Shown: one piece after another, positions 7,634-17,719 of the stretch | Position numbering within the stretch: position 1 is the stretch's first letter | Layout: every line of letters begins with the position of its first letter | Source: Sedimentisphaerales bacterium | Lineage (GTDB): Bacteria > Planctomycetota > Phycisphaerae > Sedimentisphaerales > Anaerobacaceae | Direction of reading: 5' to 3' | Length of the DNA stretch: 64,000 nt | Assembly: GCA_040772485.1 (NCBI GenBank) | Contig: JAXGYC010000009.1 | Span: 160,001-224,000 of the forward strand | The notes under the pieces: model-generated | Told to the model about the DNA's origin: nothing | Databases searched by the model: none | What the model saw: the letters and a program-made list of their open reading frames with translations, nothing else | Position numbers and translations under genes: made by a program

Positions 7634-10600
7634 TCAGCCTCCGGTTTCCGGACTCTCGCACGCAAGCGCGTGCCGGCCTTCGGGACTTTCTGATCCAACG
7701 GCTGCCGCTTCGCGCTTCGGGAATGTGAAGAAGAACGTGCTGCCTTGGCCGACCTCGGAGGCGAGCCAGACCCTTCCGCCATACTGCTCGACGATCTTCT
7801 TGACCAGCGCCAGTCCGACGCCCGTGCTCTCATACTCGTCGCGGGACGCAAGGGTCTGGAAGATCTTGAAGATCCGGTCGAAGTGCTTCTCCTCGATCCC
7901 CGGTCCGTTATCACTGACGCTGAAGGTCCAGGCGTCGGCGTCCTCGGAGCAGGCGACGACGACTTCGCCTCTCGGCTTGTCCATGAACTTGACGGCGTTG
8001 CTCAGCAGGTTCTGGAAGACCTGGGTGATTCGCGTCTTCTCGCAGTCGATCACCGGCAGCGGGCCGTCCAGGCGGATCGCGATGTGCTCGGGCGGCGCGA
8101 TCGCATCGATGATTTCCAGCAGCAGGGCGTTGAGGTCCACCGGCACCATGTCCTCGGTGATGCGGCCGATGCGCGAGTACTGAAGCACGCCTTCGATCAG
8201 GTTGTGCATTCGGTCGACCCGGTTCTGTAGCAGATCGAGATTCTCTTTGGCCTCGTCCCCAAGCTGATCGGCGCAATCCGCGCTTAGCCACTCGGCGAGC
8301 ATCTTGATGCCCCGCAGTGGCGCCTTCAGATCGTGCGAGACGACGTAGGCGAAGTGCTGGAGTTCTTCGTTGATGGCCGCGACCTGGCGCAGGAGTTCAT
8401 CCTGTTTCTGCCGGCTGCGGAACGACTCCGTGACATCCCGGAAGCTCCAGACCAGGCCGACGATTCGCTCGCCCAGCACCTGAGGCTTCGCGCAGTACTC
8501 GACCACCCGGCCGTCTTTGAAGTGAAGGGTCCCGTGGCCTTCCTGTCCCGGCCGGCGGTACAGCATTCTGAGCGTGGTCACAAACACATCGGGGTCTTTC
8601 AGTTGAGGCAAAGCGGCGGCCAGGGCGTGTTGGTCGTCCATCGTTTCGAGGACATTGCTCGACAGCCGCCAGATCGCCTTGAATTGCTCGTTGAAGTCCT
8701 TGATCTTGCCCAAGCCGTCCACGACGAGGATCCCGTCGGCGGTCGACTCCAGCGTCGCTTTCAGCAGAGAGAGAGACTCCTTCAGCTGGGTCTCGGCTCG
8801 GTTGCGCTTGGTCACGTCCCAGACGATGGAGATCATCATCGACCGGCCCGGAAGAAACGCGTTCTTGGCGCTGATGAAGGTCGTTTCCTGCCCTTGGCGT
8901 GTGATCGGAATGTCGTCCCAGTGCATTCGCTCCGGGTTGCCGCTGGCGCAATCCTCGAGGACTCGGCGTCGCACTTCACGGCGACGATCCGGATCCTCGT
9001 ACACCGCCTCCCAGAACCCGTCCGAGCGCGCCAACACCTCCCGGGTGGTCCGGTAGAACCGGGGGAAGTTGTCGTTCATGTACTCGAACCGCACGACGGG
9101 GTCCATCGAGCCGACGGCGACGCCGATGGGGATGTTGTCGAGCACCGCCGTGATGAAGGCTTCATGTCTGTGCAGTTCCTCCTCCGCCCGTTTGCGCTCG
9201 GTGACGTCTTCCAGAGTCTCCATGGCGCCCACGATGCGGTTCTGGTCGTCACGGATGACGGCCGCGGTGAAGTGGAGCCACCGCCCGTCCCGACCTATTC
9301 CCGGGAAGAATGTGCTGGCTTCGTACGCCTCGCCGATCAACTCAGACTTGCGAGAGTCATCCGGGTACCACTGGGCAATCGTATCGACAGCACCGCTGAC
9401 GAGCAGGTCGGCCATGCAGGGCCTCTCCGAGGCGTAGAAGGCCCGCCAGTGGTTGCGTGTCCCAATGACCTCGTCGGCGGTGATCCCGCTGAGTCGTTCG
9501 AGCGCCCGATTCCAGTGGGTGACGCGACGGTCCGCATCGATGAGGAAGGTGGGAATGGGGGACTGTTCGACAATGCGTGCCAGTTGCTGCCTGCTGGCGT
9601 GCAGGGACATCTCGGACTGACGTCGCTGGCGGATGTCCGTGTGGATGAGCACGGCGATCCCGACCAGAAGCAGGACGCACAGGCCGCACGAGGCCAGCAT
9701 ATAGCGCCAGATTCTCGTGCGCGCCTGGGCATAGGATGCACCGACGGGTATGGCGGCCAGATCGAGCGAGACTTCGCCGACCGAACGGCCGAAGCCCGCA
9801 GTGGCGCCGTAGCGTTCGAGCACGGCGGCCGGGGCATCCTCCGGCCGACCGTGGCATTGCAGGCATGAGGAATCGAACCGACGGGCGATCGCATAGACGG
9901 AATGTTCCGGTCCGCCTTCGAAGAACTGCATGGTGCCCGACCACGTGTCGGTTTTCGGATGCTGCTCGAAGTATCGAATCAGCGCCTCCTCCGCAGGCGT
10001 GGCCTGGTTGGCGGGATTGCGCGGGTGGGTCGAAGCGAAACGCAGGATGCTGTCGGGGAAGGTCTCTCGGACGTCATCGAAGACGCGTCGGGAAATGAAC
10101 GGAGCAGACATGGTCTCGAGGGTGAGATCTCCGGGCTCGATGCGTTTCTCCATTTCCGGCCGGATGTGTTTGCCCACGCAGTCACGTAGCGCCGCGTCGA
10201 ACTCAACCGCCAGGCGGGCCTGCTGGTCCGCACTGCGGCGAATCTGGGAATGGGTCCAGTGCCAGCTCTGAAGGAGAACCACCACCAGGAAGATCACGGC
10301 CAAGGCTCCCATGCCGAGCAACAGGCCGGTGCTGGCATATTGATGCGCTCTGGGACCGACGTCATTTCGATCCGCGTCGTGTGCGGTCGCCGCCTTCGGG
10401 CTGAGGCGGTCTGCGATCAGGCGGCGTCGCCATCGGAGGATTCCCGTCACGCCGCCGAGCACGACCAGGCCCGTGGCCATCGTGGCGCCCATAGCATTGC
10501 GGCCGGCGCTGGCCGTAGCGGCGAGCCAGTCGTCGGCTACGATGTCCATCCCGACGGCCATGAGCACCCGGCCCGTGTCCGGATCGAGGACCGGCGCGAG

Positions 10601-11062
10601 AGCGGAGACGAAGGTGCCGTACTCATCCTCCGTCGGCCCGATGGTCACCGGCTCGCCGGTGGTGAAGATCGCGACGTCTGCGGGAGAAGGCTGTTCGTAC
10701 ACCGTCCCCGGCGGGCTGGCCATCGGGTCGTCCTGACGGTAGTTCTCCGGCCCGAAGATCAGGGTCCCATCACGCATCGCCAGGCTGTAGAGGCCCCGGC
10801 AGGGCAGGTATTGGCCGAAGGCGATCATCTGATGCCGGATGTGCTCGAAGGCCGGCGTGCCGGCGTCGGCCTGGGTGAACGAAAGCTCCTGGACCCGTTC
10901 CGCTCGGAAGGTGCGGGCGATGCTGACCACTTGCCTCAACAGGCGCTGGCGCATGTCGACGTCGGTGCGCTTGGCATACCATCGGCCGGCCCCCCAGCCG
11001 ATGCCCGACAGCACGAGGGCCGCCAGGCACAGTCTTTTGAGTGTGTGATTCCTCATGTTCAC
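7634..11062 (-). CDS. multi-sensor histidine kinase (two extracytoplasmic domains including a c-type heme DUF3365-like domain, 3 PAS, HisKA, HATPase)
   Basis: PRNPANQA..CLQCHG..YG..GFG heme motif; PAS ends EDVTERKRAE, WDVTKR, RDVTE; H-box; start may be ATG at 11056. Confidence 0.9.
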   Translation of the reverse strand: MNMRNHTLKRLCLAALVLSGIGWGAGRWYAKRTDVDMRQRLLRQVVSIARTFRAERVQELSFTQADAGTPAFEHIRHQMIAFGQYLPCRGLYSLAMRDGTLIFGPENYRQDDPMASPPGTVYEQPSPADVAIFTTGEPVTIGPTEDEYGTFVSALAPVLDPDTGRVLMAVGMDIVADDWLAATASAGRNAMGATMATGLVVLGGVTGILRWRRRLIADRLSPKAATAHDADRNDVGPRAHQYASTGLLLGMGALAVIFLVVVLLQSWHWTHSQIRRSADQQARLAVEFDAALRDCVGKHIRPEMEKRIEPGDLTLETMSAPFISRRVFDDVRETFPDSILRFASTHPRNPANQATPAEEALIRYFEQHPKTDTWSGTMQFFEGGPEHSVYAIARRFDSSCLQCHGRPEDAPAAVLERYGATAGFGRSVGEVSLDLAAIPVGASYAQARTRIWRYMLASCGLCVLLLVGIAVLIHTDIRQRRQSEMSLHASRQQLARIVEQSPIPTFLIDADRRVTHWNRALERLSGITADEVIGTRNHWRAFYASERPCMADLLVSGAVDTIAQWYPDDSRKSELIGEAYEASTFFPGIGRDGRWLHFTAAVIRDDQNRIVGAMETLEDVTERKRAEEELHRHEAFITAVLDNIPIGVAVGSMDPVVRFEYMNDNFPRFYRTTREVLARSDGFWEAVYEDPDRRREVRRRVLEDCASGNPERMHWDDIPITRQGQETTFISAKNAFLPGRSMMISIVWDVTKRNRAETQLKESLSLLKATLESTADGILVVDGLGKIKDFNEQFKAIWRLSSNVLETMDDQHALAAALPQLKDPDVFVTTLRMLYRRPGQEGHGTLHFKDGRVVEYCAKPQVLGERIVGLVWSFRDVTESFRSRQKQDELLRQVAAINEELQHFAYVVSHDLKAPLRGIKMLAEWLSADCADQLGDEAKENLDLLQNRVDRMHNLIEGVLQYSRIGRITEDMVPVDLNALLLEIIDAIAPPEHIAIRLDGPLPVIDCEKTRITQVFQNLLSNAVKFMDKPRGEVVVACSEDADAWTFSVSDNGPGIEEKHFDRIFKIFQTLASRDEYESTGVGLALVKKIVEQYGGRVWLASEVGQGSTFFFTFPKREAAAVGSESPEGRHALACESPETGG
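7719..8365. repeat. ~650-bp direct repeat, copy 2 (kinase transmitter region)
   Basis: near-identical to 5660-6306. Confidence 0.9.
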
Positions 11063-11098
11063 GGCCTTCTCAGTCGATCCACGTATTCCTGCGAGTTT

Positions 11099-12724
11099 CT
11101 AACGGCACGATTTCAGCTCTCCAGCGGCCGGTTCGGTCGCCGCCGTCCGGTGCTTGGGGAAGGTGAAAAAGAACGTGCTTCCTTTGCCGACCTCGGAGAC
11201 GACCCAGATCCGTCCGCCGCTGTGTTCCACGATCTTCTTGACCAGAGCCAGTCCGACGCCCGTGCTCTCGAACTGGTCGCGCGGCGCCAGCGTCTGAAAG
11301 ATCTTGAAGATCCGGTCGAAGTATTTCTCTTCGATCCCGGGTCCGTTGTCGCTGACGCTGAAGGTCCATGCGTCGGCGTCTTCGGAACAGGCGACGACGA
11401 CTTCGCCCGCCGGTTTGTCCATGTACTTGACGGCGTTGCTCAGCAGGTTCTGGAAGACCTGGGTGATCCGGGTCTTCTCGCACTCGATCACCGGCAGCCG
11501 GCCTTCGACGCGGACGGCGATGTGCGCCGGCGGTGCGATCAGGTCGATGATGCCGGGCAGCAGGGCGTCGAGGTCCACCGAGACCACGTCCTCGGTGATG
11601 CGTCCGACGCGGGAGTAATGAAGAACCCCGTCGATCAGATCGTGCATCCTCTGCACGCGGCTCTGGAGCAGGTCGAGGTTCTCTCGGGCCTGGTCTCCGA
11701 GTCGGTCGCGGTAGTCGGTGCACAACCACTCCGTGAGCAGCTTGATGCCCCGCAGCGGCGCCTTCAGGTCGTGCGAGACGACGTAAGCGAAATGCGAGAG
11801 TTCTTCGTTGACGTCCGCCACCTGATGCAGGAGTTGCGTCTGCCTCTGCCGGCTGTAAAACGCCTCGGTGACATCGCGGAAGCTCCAGACGCGTCCGGTG
11901 ATTCGATCTCCCACGGACTGCGGCTTGGAGTAATACTCGACCACGCGGCCGTCCTTGAAGTGGAGCGTGCCGTTGCCTTCCTCCTCCGGCCGACTGTAGA
12001 GCCCTCGGACCCGGGCTACGAACGCCTCGGGGTCTGTCAGCAGAGGCGTGGCCGCCGCCAGGGCCGCGTCGTCGTCACGCGTCTCGAGGACCGCGTCAGG
12101 CAGGCGCCACAGTTGTTTGAACGGCTCATTGAAGTTTTTGATCTTGCCCAGACCATCGACGACGAGAATGCCGTCGGCGGTCGATTCCAGCGTGGCTTCG
12201 AGCAGGGACAGCGATTCCTTGACGTCCTCTTCCGCGCGCCAGCGTTCCACGACCTGCGTCTGCAATTCGTCATTTCTCTGTGTCAGCTCGGCCGTACGCT
12301 CCCGAACGGTCGATTCGAGCTGATCGCGCGACTCTCGGAGTTTGCGCGCCATGTCGTTCAGCGCGGTCGCCAGTCGGGCGAGTTCATCGTCGCCGGCGAC
12401 AGCGATGTGGGTATCGAGCCGGCCGAGCCCGATCTGCGCCGCTGCCGCCAGAAGACGTTGAAGAGGTCGCGTGATCGTGCGGGCCAGCCAAACGGCTGCG
12501 AGGGCCGCTATCGGCATGGTGGCCAGAGCCAGCCCCGCCTGAATGCGCCAGATGTGCCGGGCAACATGCCGCGCCGTCTCTTCGGTCAGTCCCTCTTGGG
12601 CGAGGGCGGCGCCGAGGAGGGGATGTGACACGACCGCGGTCGAGATCGCGACCAGCGCGATGGCCAGAAGGAACACGGTCATGATCCTGTTCCGCAGACT
12701 GGATGTGCGTGTCGTATCGGCCAT
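11099..12724 (-). CDS. sensor histidine kinase (short periplasmic loop, HAMP, PAS, HisKA, HATPase)
   Basis: HAMP ITRPLQRL..DELARLATALNDM; PAS paralogous to the last PAS of the adjacent kinase. Confidence 0.9.
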   Translation of the reverse strand: MADTTRTSSLRNRIMTVFLLAIALVAISTAVVSHPLLGAALAQEGLTEETARHVARHIWRIQAGLALATMPIAALAAVWLARTITRPLQRLLAAAAQIGLGRLDTHIAVAGDDELARLATALNDMARKLRESRDQLESTVRERTAELTQRNDELQTQVVERWRAEEDVKESLSLLEATLESTADGILVVDGLGKIKNFNEPFKQLWRLPDAVLETRDDDAALAAATPLLTDPEAFVARVRGLYSRPEEEGNGTLHFKDGRVVEYYSKPQSVGDRITGRVWSFRDVTEAFYSRQRQTQLLHQVADVNEELSHFAYVVSHDLKAPLRGIKLLTEWLCTDYRDRLGDQARENLDLLQSRVQRMHDLIDGVLHYSRVGRITEDVVSVDLDALLPGIIDLIAPPAHIAVRVEGRLPVIECEKTRITQVFQNLLSNAVKYMDKPAGEVVVACSEDADAWTFSVSDNGPGIEEKYFDRIFKIFQTLAPRDQFESTGVGLALVKKIVEHSGGRIWVVSEVGKGSTFFFTFPKHRTAATEPAAGELKSCR

Positions 12725-12822
12725 GATTTCAAATCCTTCTCGTTCCCGGATTCCGCCGATCGCAGAGATCCGATCTTGTAACGTTGCCCCTCGGGGGCAG
12801 TTCTCGTCGGCCGCGCCGATGG

Positions 12823-14979
12823 TCAATTCTGCACATTCATCGACCTCGAACTCTGCGCGGATGCGACGTTGAGTTTCGGCAAGGTGAAGAAGAAGGTCGA
12901 GCCCTCGCCGACGGTGGATTCGACCCAGACGGTGCCTCCGTGCAGTTCGATGATCTTCTTGACAACGGCCAGGCCGATTCCGGTGCTCTCCAGCTCATCG
13001 CGGCGTGCGAGCGTCTGGAACATCTCGAAGATCTTCCCGAAGTATTTCTGGTCAATGCCCGGCCCGTTGTCGGCGACGCTGAAGGTCCAGTATTGCTCCT
13101 GCTCGAAACAGCCGATGCGAATGATTCCCTGCGCCTTGTCCATGTATTTGACCGCGTTGCTGATCAGATTCTGAAAGACCTGGATCAGCCGGACCCTCTC
13201 GGAGATCACGACCGGCAGGGTATCCTCGATCGTGACCCGGATGGTCGGCGGCGGAGCCACCTGGGCGATGACCTCCGGAACCAGCACGCGGAGGTCCACG
13301 CGTTCGAGACACTTGGCGGTCCTTCCGATCTCCGAGTAGTGCAGGATGCTGTCGATCAGCTCGCTCATCCGCGAGACGCGGCCCTTGAGCAGATGCAGTT
13401 GCTCCTGGCCCTGCGAGTCGAGCTTGTCGGCATAATCGCTGGTGATCCAGTCGGCCAGCGTGCCGATGCCGCGCAGGGGCGCCTTGAGGTCATGCGCGGT
13501 GACGTAGGCAAAATCCTGAAGCTCCTTGTTGGAGCGTCGCAGTTCGCGGACCGTCTCGGCGAGGTGCTCGTTGACACTGGCCAGGGCGCGCTCCGCCTTG
13601 CGCCGCTCGCTGGCCTCCATCTGGAGCGCGATCATGTCGGCCAGGGACGCCGCAAAATCCTGTTCCTCCAGGGACCACTCGCGCGGCGCTCCGACGTGTT
13701 CGTGACAGACCACGCCGATGGTCTTGCCGTGCAGGCGAATGGGCACGTCCATCAGAGAGCCGATACCCAGGGGTTCGAGATAACTGTCGAGGAGCTCTCG
13801 CGTCCGCGGATCCTGCCGGACGTCGTTGGCGGCCATGATGCGACTGTTCTCAATCGCTTGGAAGTAGCTCGGGTAGTCACCCGTGGCGATACGGTGCCCG
13901 CTCTTGTGGGTGTTGTCGTCCCTGCGGAAAAGGTCCTCGCACACGAGATACGTCTGACCTTCGTCGAGGAACCAGACCGAGACCCGGTCGATGCCGAGCG
14001 TCGCAGCCGCTTCCTCCGTGGTCGTGCGGATCACGGACACCACGTCTTCGTTGCTGTGCTTGCTCAGTTTGACGAGCGTTCTCTGATGGTGCACGATCCG
14101 CTCGGCCCGTTGCTTGAGCACTTGTTCGGCCCGCTTTCGGAAGGCCACCTCGCGGAGGAGCTTCTCGTTGGCCGTCGTCAGCTCCATCGTGCGCTCGGCC
14201 ACACGGGTCTCCAGTTGCTCGTTGGCCTCGACCAGGGCGGAATCGCGCTGCTGAATCTGTTCGAGCATCTCGTTGAAGGCCTCGACCAGCAGACCCACTT
14301 CATCGGTTCCGTGGGGCTCGGCACGAACGGTGTACTGTTTCTTCTCCGACACGAAGTTGGCCAGGCAGGCCAGCGCCAGAATGGGCGACGAGATGGCCCC
14401 TTGCAGTCGGGAGGAGAGCAGATACGCCCCCAGAGAGGCGACCAGGACGATGCCGATCATGATGATGATGCCATGCCGGAGCTGCGCGTGTACGGGACCG
14501 AGACTGCTGGCGATGCAGATCGTGCCGACGTGTTCATCGTCGAGCTGAATGGGTCTGGCCAGGATCAGCAGTCCGTCTCGAAACACGTGGCGGTCGGGCA
14601 ATTGCTCATGCCGTGGGACGACAACCGTGTGGTCGCGCCGATACACCGCGAGAAGCCGGCCCGTGCTGGTGTACAGACAGGTCGTTCGGATGGATGGGAT
14701 CGACTTCATCGCGCCGAGGACCTCGTTGGCGTCGGCGGTATCCTCGAAGGCCAGCGCCGCCTTGCAGTTGTCCGCCAGGATATCGGCATGGGTGGACAGG
14801 TCGCGGACCATAGCGCGCCGCAGGCTGGTCCATTCCCACGCGGTGAACACGCCGCCGGCCAGCAGGAGGGCGCCCACGCTCGTCGTCATGATGATGGCTA
14901 TGAGCTTGTGCCGGAGCGACAGGCCCCGCATCCACGATTGTGCCATGCCTTCCACACGGTCTTTCTCAGTTGTCGGCAT
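12823..14979 (-). CDS. sensor histidine kinase (CHASE8/YfiN-like sensor, HAMP, GAF, HisKA, HATPase)
   Basis: AALAFED...A.EVL sensor; GAF DRVSVW..YLEPLGIGSLMDVPI; AHDLKAPL. Confidence 0.9.
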   Translation of the reverse strand: MPTTEKDRVEGMAQSWMRGLSLRHKLIAIIMTTSVGALLLAGGVFTAWEWTSLRRAMVRDLSTHADILADNCKAALAFEDTADANEVLGAMKSIPSIRTTCLYTSTGRLLAVYRRDHTVVVPRHEQLPDRHVFRDGLLILARPIQLDDEHVGTICIASSLGPVHAQLRHGIIIMIGIVLVASLGAYLLSSRLQGAISSPILALACLANFVSEKKQYTVRAEPHGTDEVGLLVEAFNEMLEQIQQRDSALVEANEQLETRVAERTMELTTANEKLLREVAFRKRAEQVLKQRAERIVHHQRTLVKLSKHSNEDVVSVIRTTTEEAAATLGIDRVSVWFLDEGQTYLVCEDLFRRDDNTHKSGHRIATGDYPSYFQAIENSRIMAANDVRQDPRTRELLDSYLEPLGIGSLMDVPIRLHGKTIGVVCHEHVGAPREWSLEEQDFAASLADMIALQMEASERRKAERALASVNEHLAETVRELRRSNKELQDFAYVTAHDLKAPLRGIGTLADWITSDYADKLDSQGQEQLHLLKGRVSRMSELIDSILHYSEIGRTAKCLERVDLRVLVPEVIAQVAPPPTIRVTIEDTLPVVISERVRLIQVFQNLISNAVKYMDKAQGIIRIGCFEQEQYWTFSVADNGPGIDQKYFGKIFEMFQTLARRDELESTGIGLAVVKKIIELHGGTVWVESTVGEGSTFFFTLPKLNVASAQSSRSMNVQN

Positions 14980-15634
14980 TGTCTCCCTCGTCGTTTGATT
15001 CTCCCAGGGCATCGCTCTTGACGACGCGCTTGGCCAGTCGGAGCATCTGGGATCGGATTCGCAGCTTGGCGCGCCGCACCGCGGCCGTGTTGATTTCGAA
15101 GCACACTTTCTTGTCCTCGATCAGGAAATTGACGATCCCGCCGGCCTCCAGGAATCCGGGCGCATCGGCGACCGTCAGCACGCTGTGTTTGCGGAGGGGC
15201 CGCAGAAGCACCGCGAAGTGTTCGGCCTCGGATCGACAGAGGAACAGTACGTGACAGTTCTGGATCCGCTCGAATCGCGGATGCCGGGAGGGCAGATGTC
15301 CCTCGGCGTCCGCAAAGGCGTCGAGACCGTCGAATCGACGGATCACCACGCGCCGATCCCGGACGAGCCTGTTCTGAAGAGGCTCGAAGGCGTTCCCGAA
15401 GGGGTCCTTGCCGAGGATGCCGATGACCATGGGCTGGTTGGGATCGTTCTTCTTCGCTTCCGCGGACGGCGGTTCGAACCGTTCACCGTCCACGAACAGG
15501 ATGAAGTTATAGAGGAACGCCGCCTTGAGCTGGTACTCCTGGGCGGCCGGCGAATCCGCGCGGACCGCGAGCGATGCGCCGCAGACCAGCGCACAGCCTG
15601 CCAGGAGCCACAAGATGAAACCTCGGATTCTCAT
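14966..15634 (-). CDS. YfiR family (DUF4154) periplasmic protein
   Basis: signal peptide; EYQLKAAFLYNFI.FV, CHVLF, FEIN..A.L.I.SQMLRLA. Confidence 0.9.
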   Translation of the reverse strand: MRIRGFILWLLAGCALVCGASLAVRADSPAAQEYQLKAAFLYNFILFVDGERFEPPSAEAKKNDPNQPMVIGILGKDPFGNAFEPLQNRLVRDRRVVIRRFDGLDAFADAEGHLPSRHPRFERIQNCHVLFLCRSEAEHFAVLLRPLRKHSVLTVADAPGFLEAGGIVNFLIEDKKVCFEINTAAVRRAKLRIRSQMLRLAKRVVKSDALGESNDEGDNADN

Positions 15635-15709
15635 GGCGTTCTCATCGGTCGTCCCAACGCGGTTTTCGTCATCTGTTAGTCCTCTCGGGCGTCCGGGGTC
15701 GGCGGCGTC

Positions 15710-17719
15710 TCAGAAGCGGTACGTCAGCTTGATGCGGAACGTCCGCCCATCCTGCTCGATCTGGTCCTGCACGTGTTCCCCGGACCCCGGATAGGCGTAG
15801 TCGACGTCGAAAAGGTTGTACAGTCCGGCCGCGATCTCCAATCGCTTAGACGGACTCGTGTATGTCAGCGCCAGATTCGTCAGGAAGAAATCGTCCGTGT
15901 GGTCGCCCGCCAGCGTTTTGGACCGGCCGTTGTACTGGATCTCCAGACCGGCATAGAGCGTATCCTTCACCACCGGCGCGATCAGGTTGAGCTTGGCCAG
16001 ATGCCGGGGCGAATTGGCCAGTCGTGCGTCGGTGGCTCGGTCTTCCGCCTCGACATACGAGTAGCTCGTCCGCGCGCGCAGGCCGTTCTCCCACCGTCCG
16101 CCCAGCACCAATTCCACTCCCCGGGCTTCGACCTCGTCGGTATTCCTGAACACGAACAGACCGTCGTTCGGGTCGGTGTACTGGCCGATCAGGTCGTCCA
16201 TGACGTAGTAGAAGCCGCTCACGGTCGCGCTGAGATGCGACCCGAAGGCGCGTTCCAGCACGATCTCGTACGTATCGATGGTTTCGGAGTCGAGATCCAG
16301 TGGAGCCTTGGTGGTGGAGCCTCCGTCATGATAGTACAGCTCGTAGGCATTGGGAGCGCGGAAGGCCCGCCCGTACAGCAGTTTGAGCGCCGTATCTTCC
16401 GAGACGTCGTAGATCATCGCCAAGCGGGGATTCGTGCTGCCGCCGAACGTGTCGTAATGGTCGTAGCGCACGCCGGCGACGAGGGTCACATCGTCCAGCA
16501 CACGGAACTCGTCCTGGATGTAGAGGCCCCAGTTTTTGCTGTGACGCGAGTCGTCGAGATACACCTCCTCATCCCAGTTCGCCTGGTCCTGCCGCGCGTT
16601 GTAGCGGAACTCGCCTCCCGCGGTCAGGGTGTGCTTCTCGAAGGGCCGGGCCGTGACCTGGAGTTCGCTGTCCCACCAGCGGCCTCTGTAAAAGTCTTTG
16701 TTCACGACGATGTCAGGGGTTTCGTCCTCGGAGCAATCGTACACGTAACGTCCGTCGTAGTTGTAATGGTGATAGGCGGTTTGCGCCTTGACGGAGACCT
16801 TGTCCGATATCTCGCGCTCGTAGCTCAGTCCGAGAAGCGTCGTGTCGTCGTACACGCGCGTCCGGCGGTCGCCGAAGACGGTGCCCCACGGCGCGGTGGG
16901 AATTCCCTTCTCCGAGGCGGTGTGTGCGGCGATCAGACCGAAATCGCCAAACGAGGCTCGCAGGAACAGATTGTGGAAATCGCTGTCGTCGTTCTTTACG
17001 AGCCCGTCGGCCGTGGCGGGATCGTCGAACTCCTCGAAGTACAACTGGGGTCCGTCGCCGTCTCCCTTCGTGGCCGAGACGAGGAGGTTCAATCCATTGT
17101 CGAAGACCTCACCGTAGCTGATGCGGCCCTTCTGCGTGTCGAAGCTGGCGACTTCGCCGGACACTTCAAGACCATCGAGGGTCTTGCCGTCCTTGGTGAT
17201 CACGTTGACCACCGCCAATAGCGCGTTGCTGCCGTACAGGGAAGAACCCGGACCACGAACGATCTCGACCCGTTCGATCAGGTCCACGTCGACAACGAGC
17301 TGCATTCCAAACACGGGGGAATCCCCGATGTTTTCGTTGATCCGGTGTCCGTCGACCAGCAGCAAAGTGCGCGTGTCGTAGTCGCCCGGCCGGCGAAAGC
17401 CGCGGACGCCGAGGTAGTCGTAGTTGCGGTCGTTGTTGATGTAGAAGCCCGGAACGCTGCGGAGGACCTCGGCCAGGGTCCGATAGCCGTACTTGCGGAT
17501 CTCATCGGCGGTGATGATTGTGACCGACGACGGGGCCTCGGTGACCTTCTGTGTGTACTTGGAAGCGCTGTACACCGTATCGATTTCCACGGTCATCAGG
17601 TCTTCGAGAGACATGTCGAACAAGCCGGTCTCGTCTTCTGACGCTGCGGCTTGGGTTGCGCAGGCCCCCAGCAAGAGCCAGCCGGCGATCAGTTGGTGTA
17701 CCACGGAGCACGTTGTCAT
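15710..17719 (-). CDS. TonB-dependent receptor
   Basis: signal peptide, MSLEDLM, plug IERVEIVRGPGSSLYG, C-terminal YRF. Confidence 0.93.
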   Translation of the reverse strand: MTTCSVVHQLIAGWLLLGACATQAAASEDETGLFDMSLEDLMTVEIDTVYSASKYTQKVTEAPSSVTIITADEIRKYGYRTLAEVLRSVPGFYINNDRNYDYLGVRGFRRPGDYDTRTLLLVDGHRINENIGDSPVFGMQLVVDVDLIERVEIVRGPGSSLYGSNALLAVVNVITKDGKTLDGLEVSGEVASFDTQKGRISYGEVFDNGLNLLVSATKGDGDGPQLYFEEFDDPATADGLVKNDDSDFHNLFLRASFGDFGLIAAHTASEKGIPTAPWGTVFGDRRTRVYDDTTLLGLSYEREISDKVSVKAQTAYHHYNYDGRYVYDCSEDETPDIVVNKDFYRGRWWDSELQVTARPFEKHTLTAGGEFRYNARQDQANWDEEVYLDDSRHSKNWGLYIQDEFRVLDDVTLVAGVRYDHYDTFGGSTNPRLAMIYDVSEDTALKLLYGRAFRAPNAYELYYHDGGSTTKAPLDLDSETIDTYEIVLERAFGSHLSATVSGFYYVMDDLIGQYTDPNDGLFVFRNTDEVEARGVELVLGGRWENGLRARTSYSYVEAEDRATDARLANSPRHLAKLNLIAPVVKDTLYAGLEIQYNGRSKTLAGDHTDDFFLTNLALTYTSPSKRLEIAAGLYNLFDVDYAYPGSGEHVQDQIEQDGRTFRIKLTYRF

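Noticed and set aside
10250..17221. Long plus-strand ORFs (792, 745, 482 aa) opposite the kinase and receptor genes
   Set aside because: Typical high-GC antisense frames with no recognisable motifs
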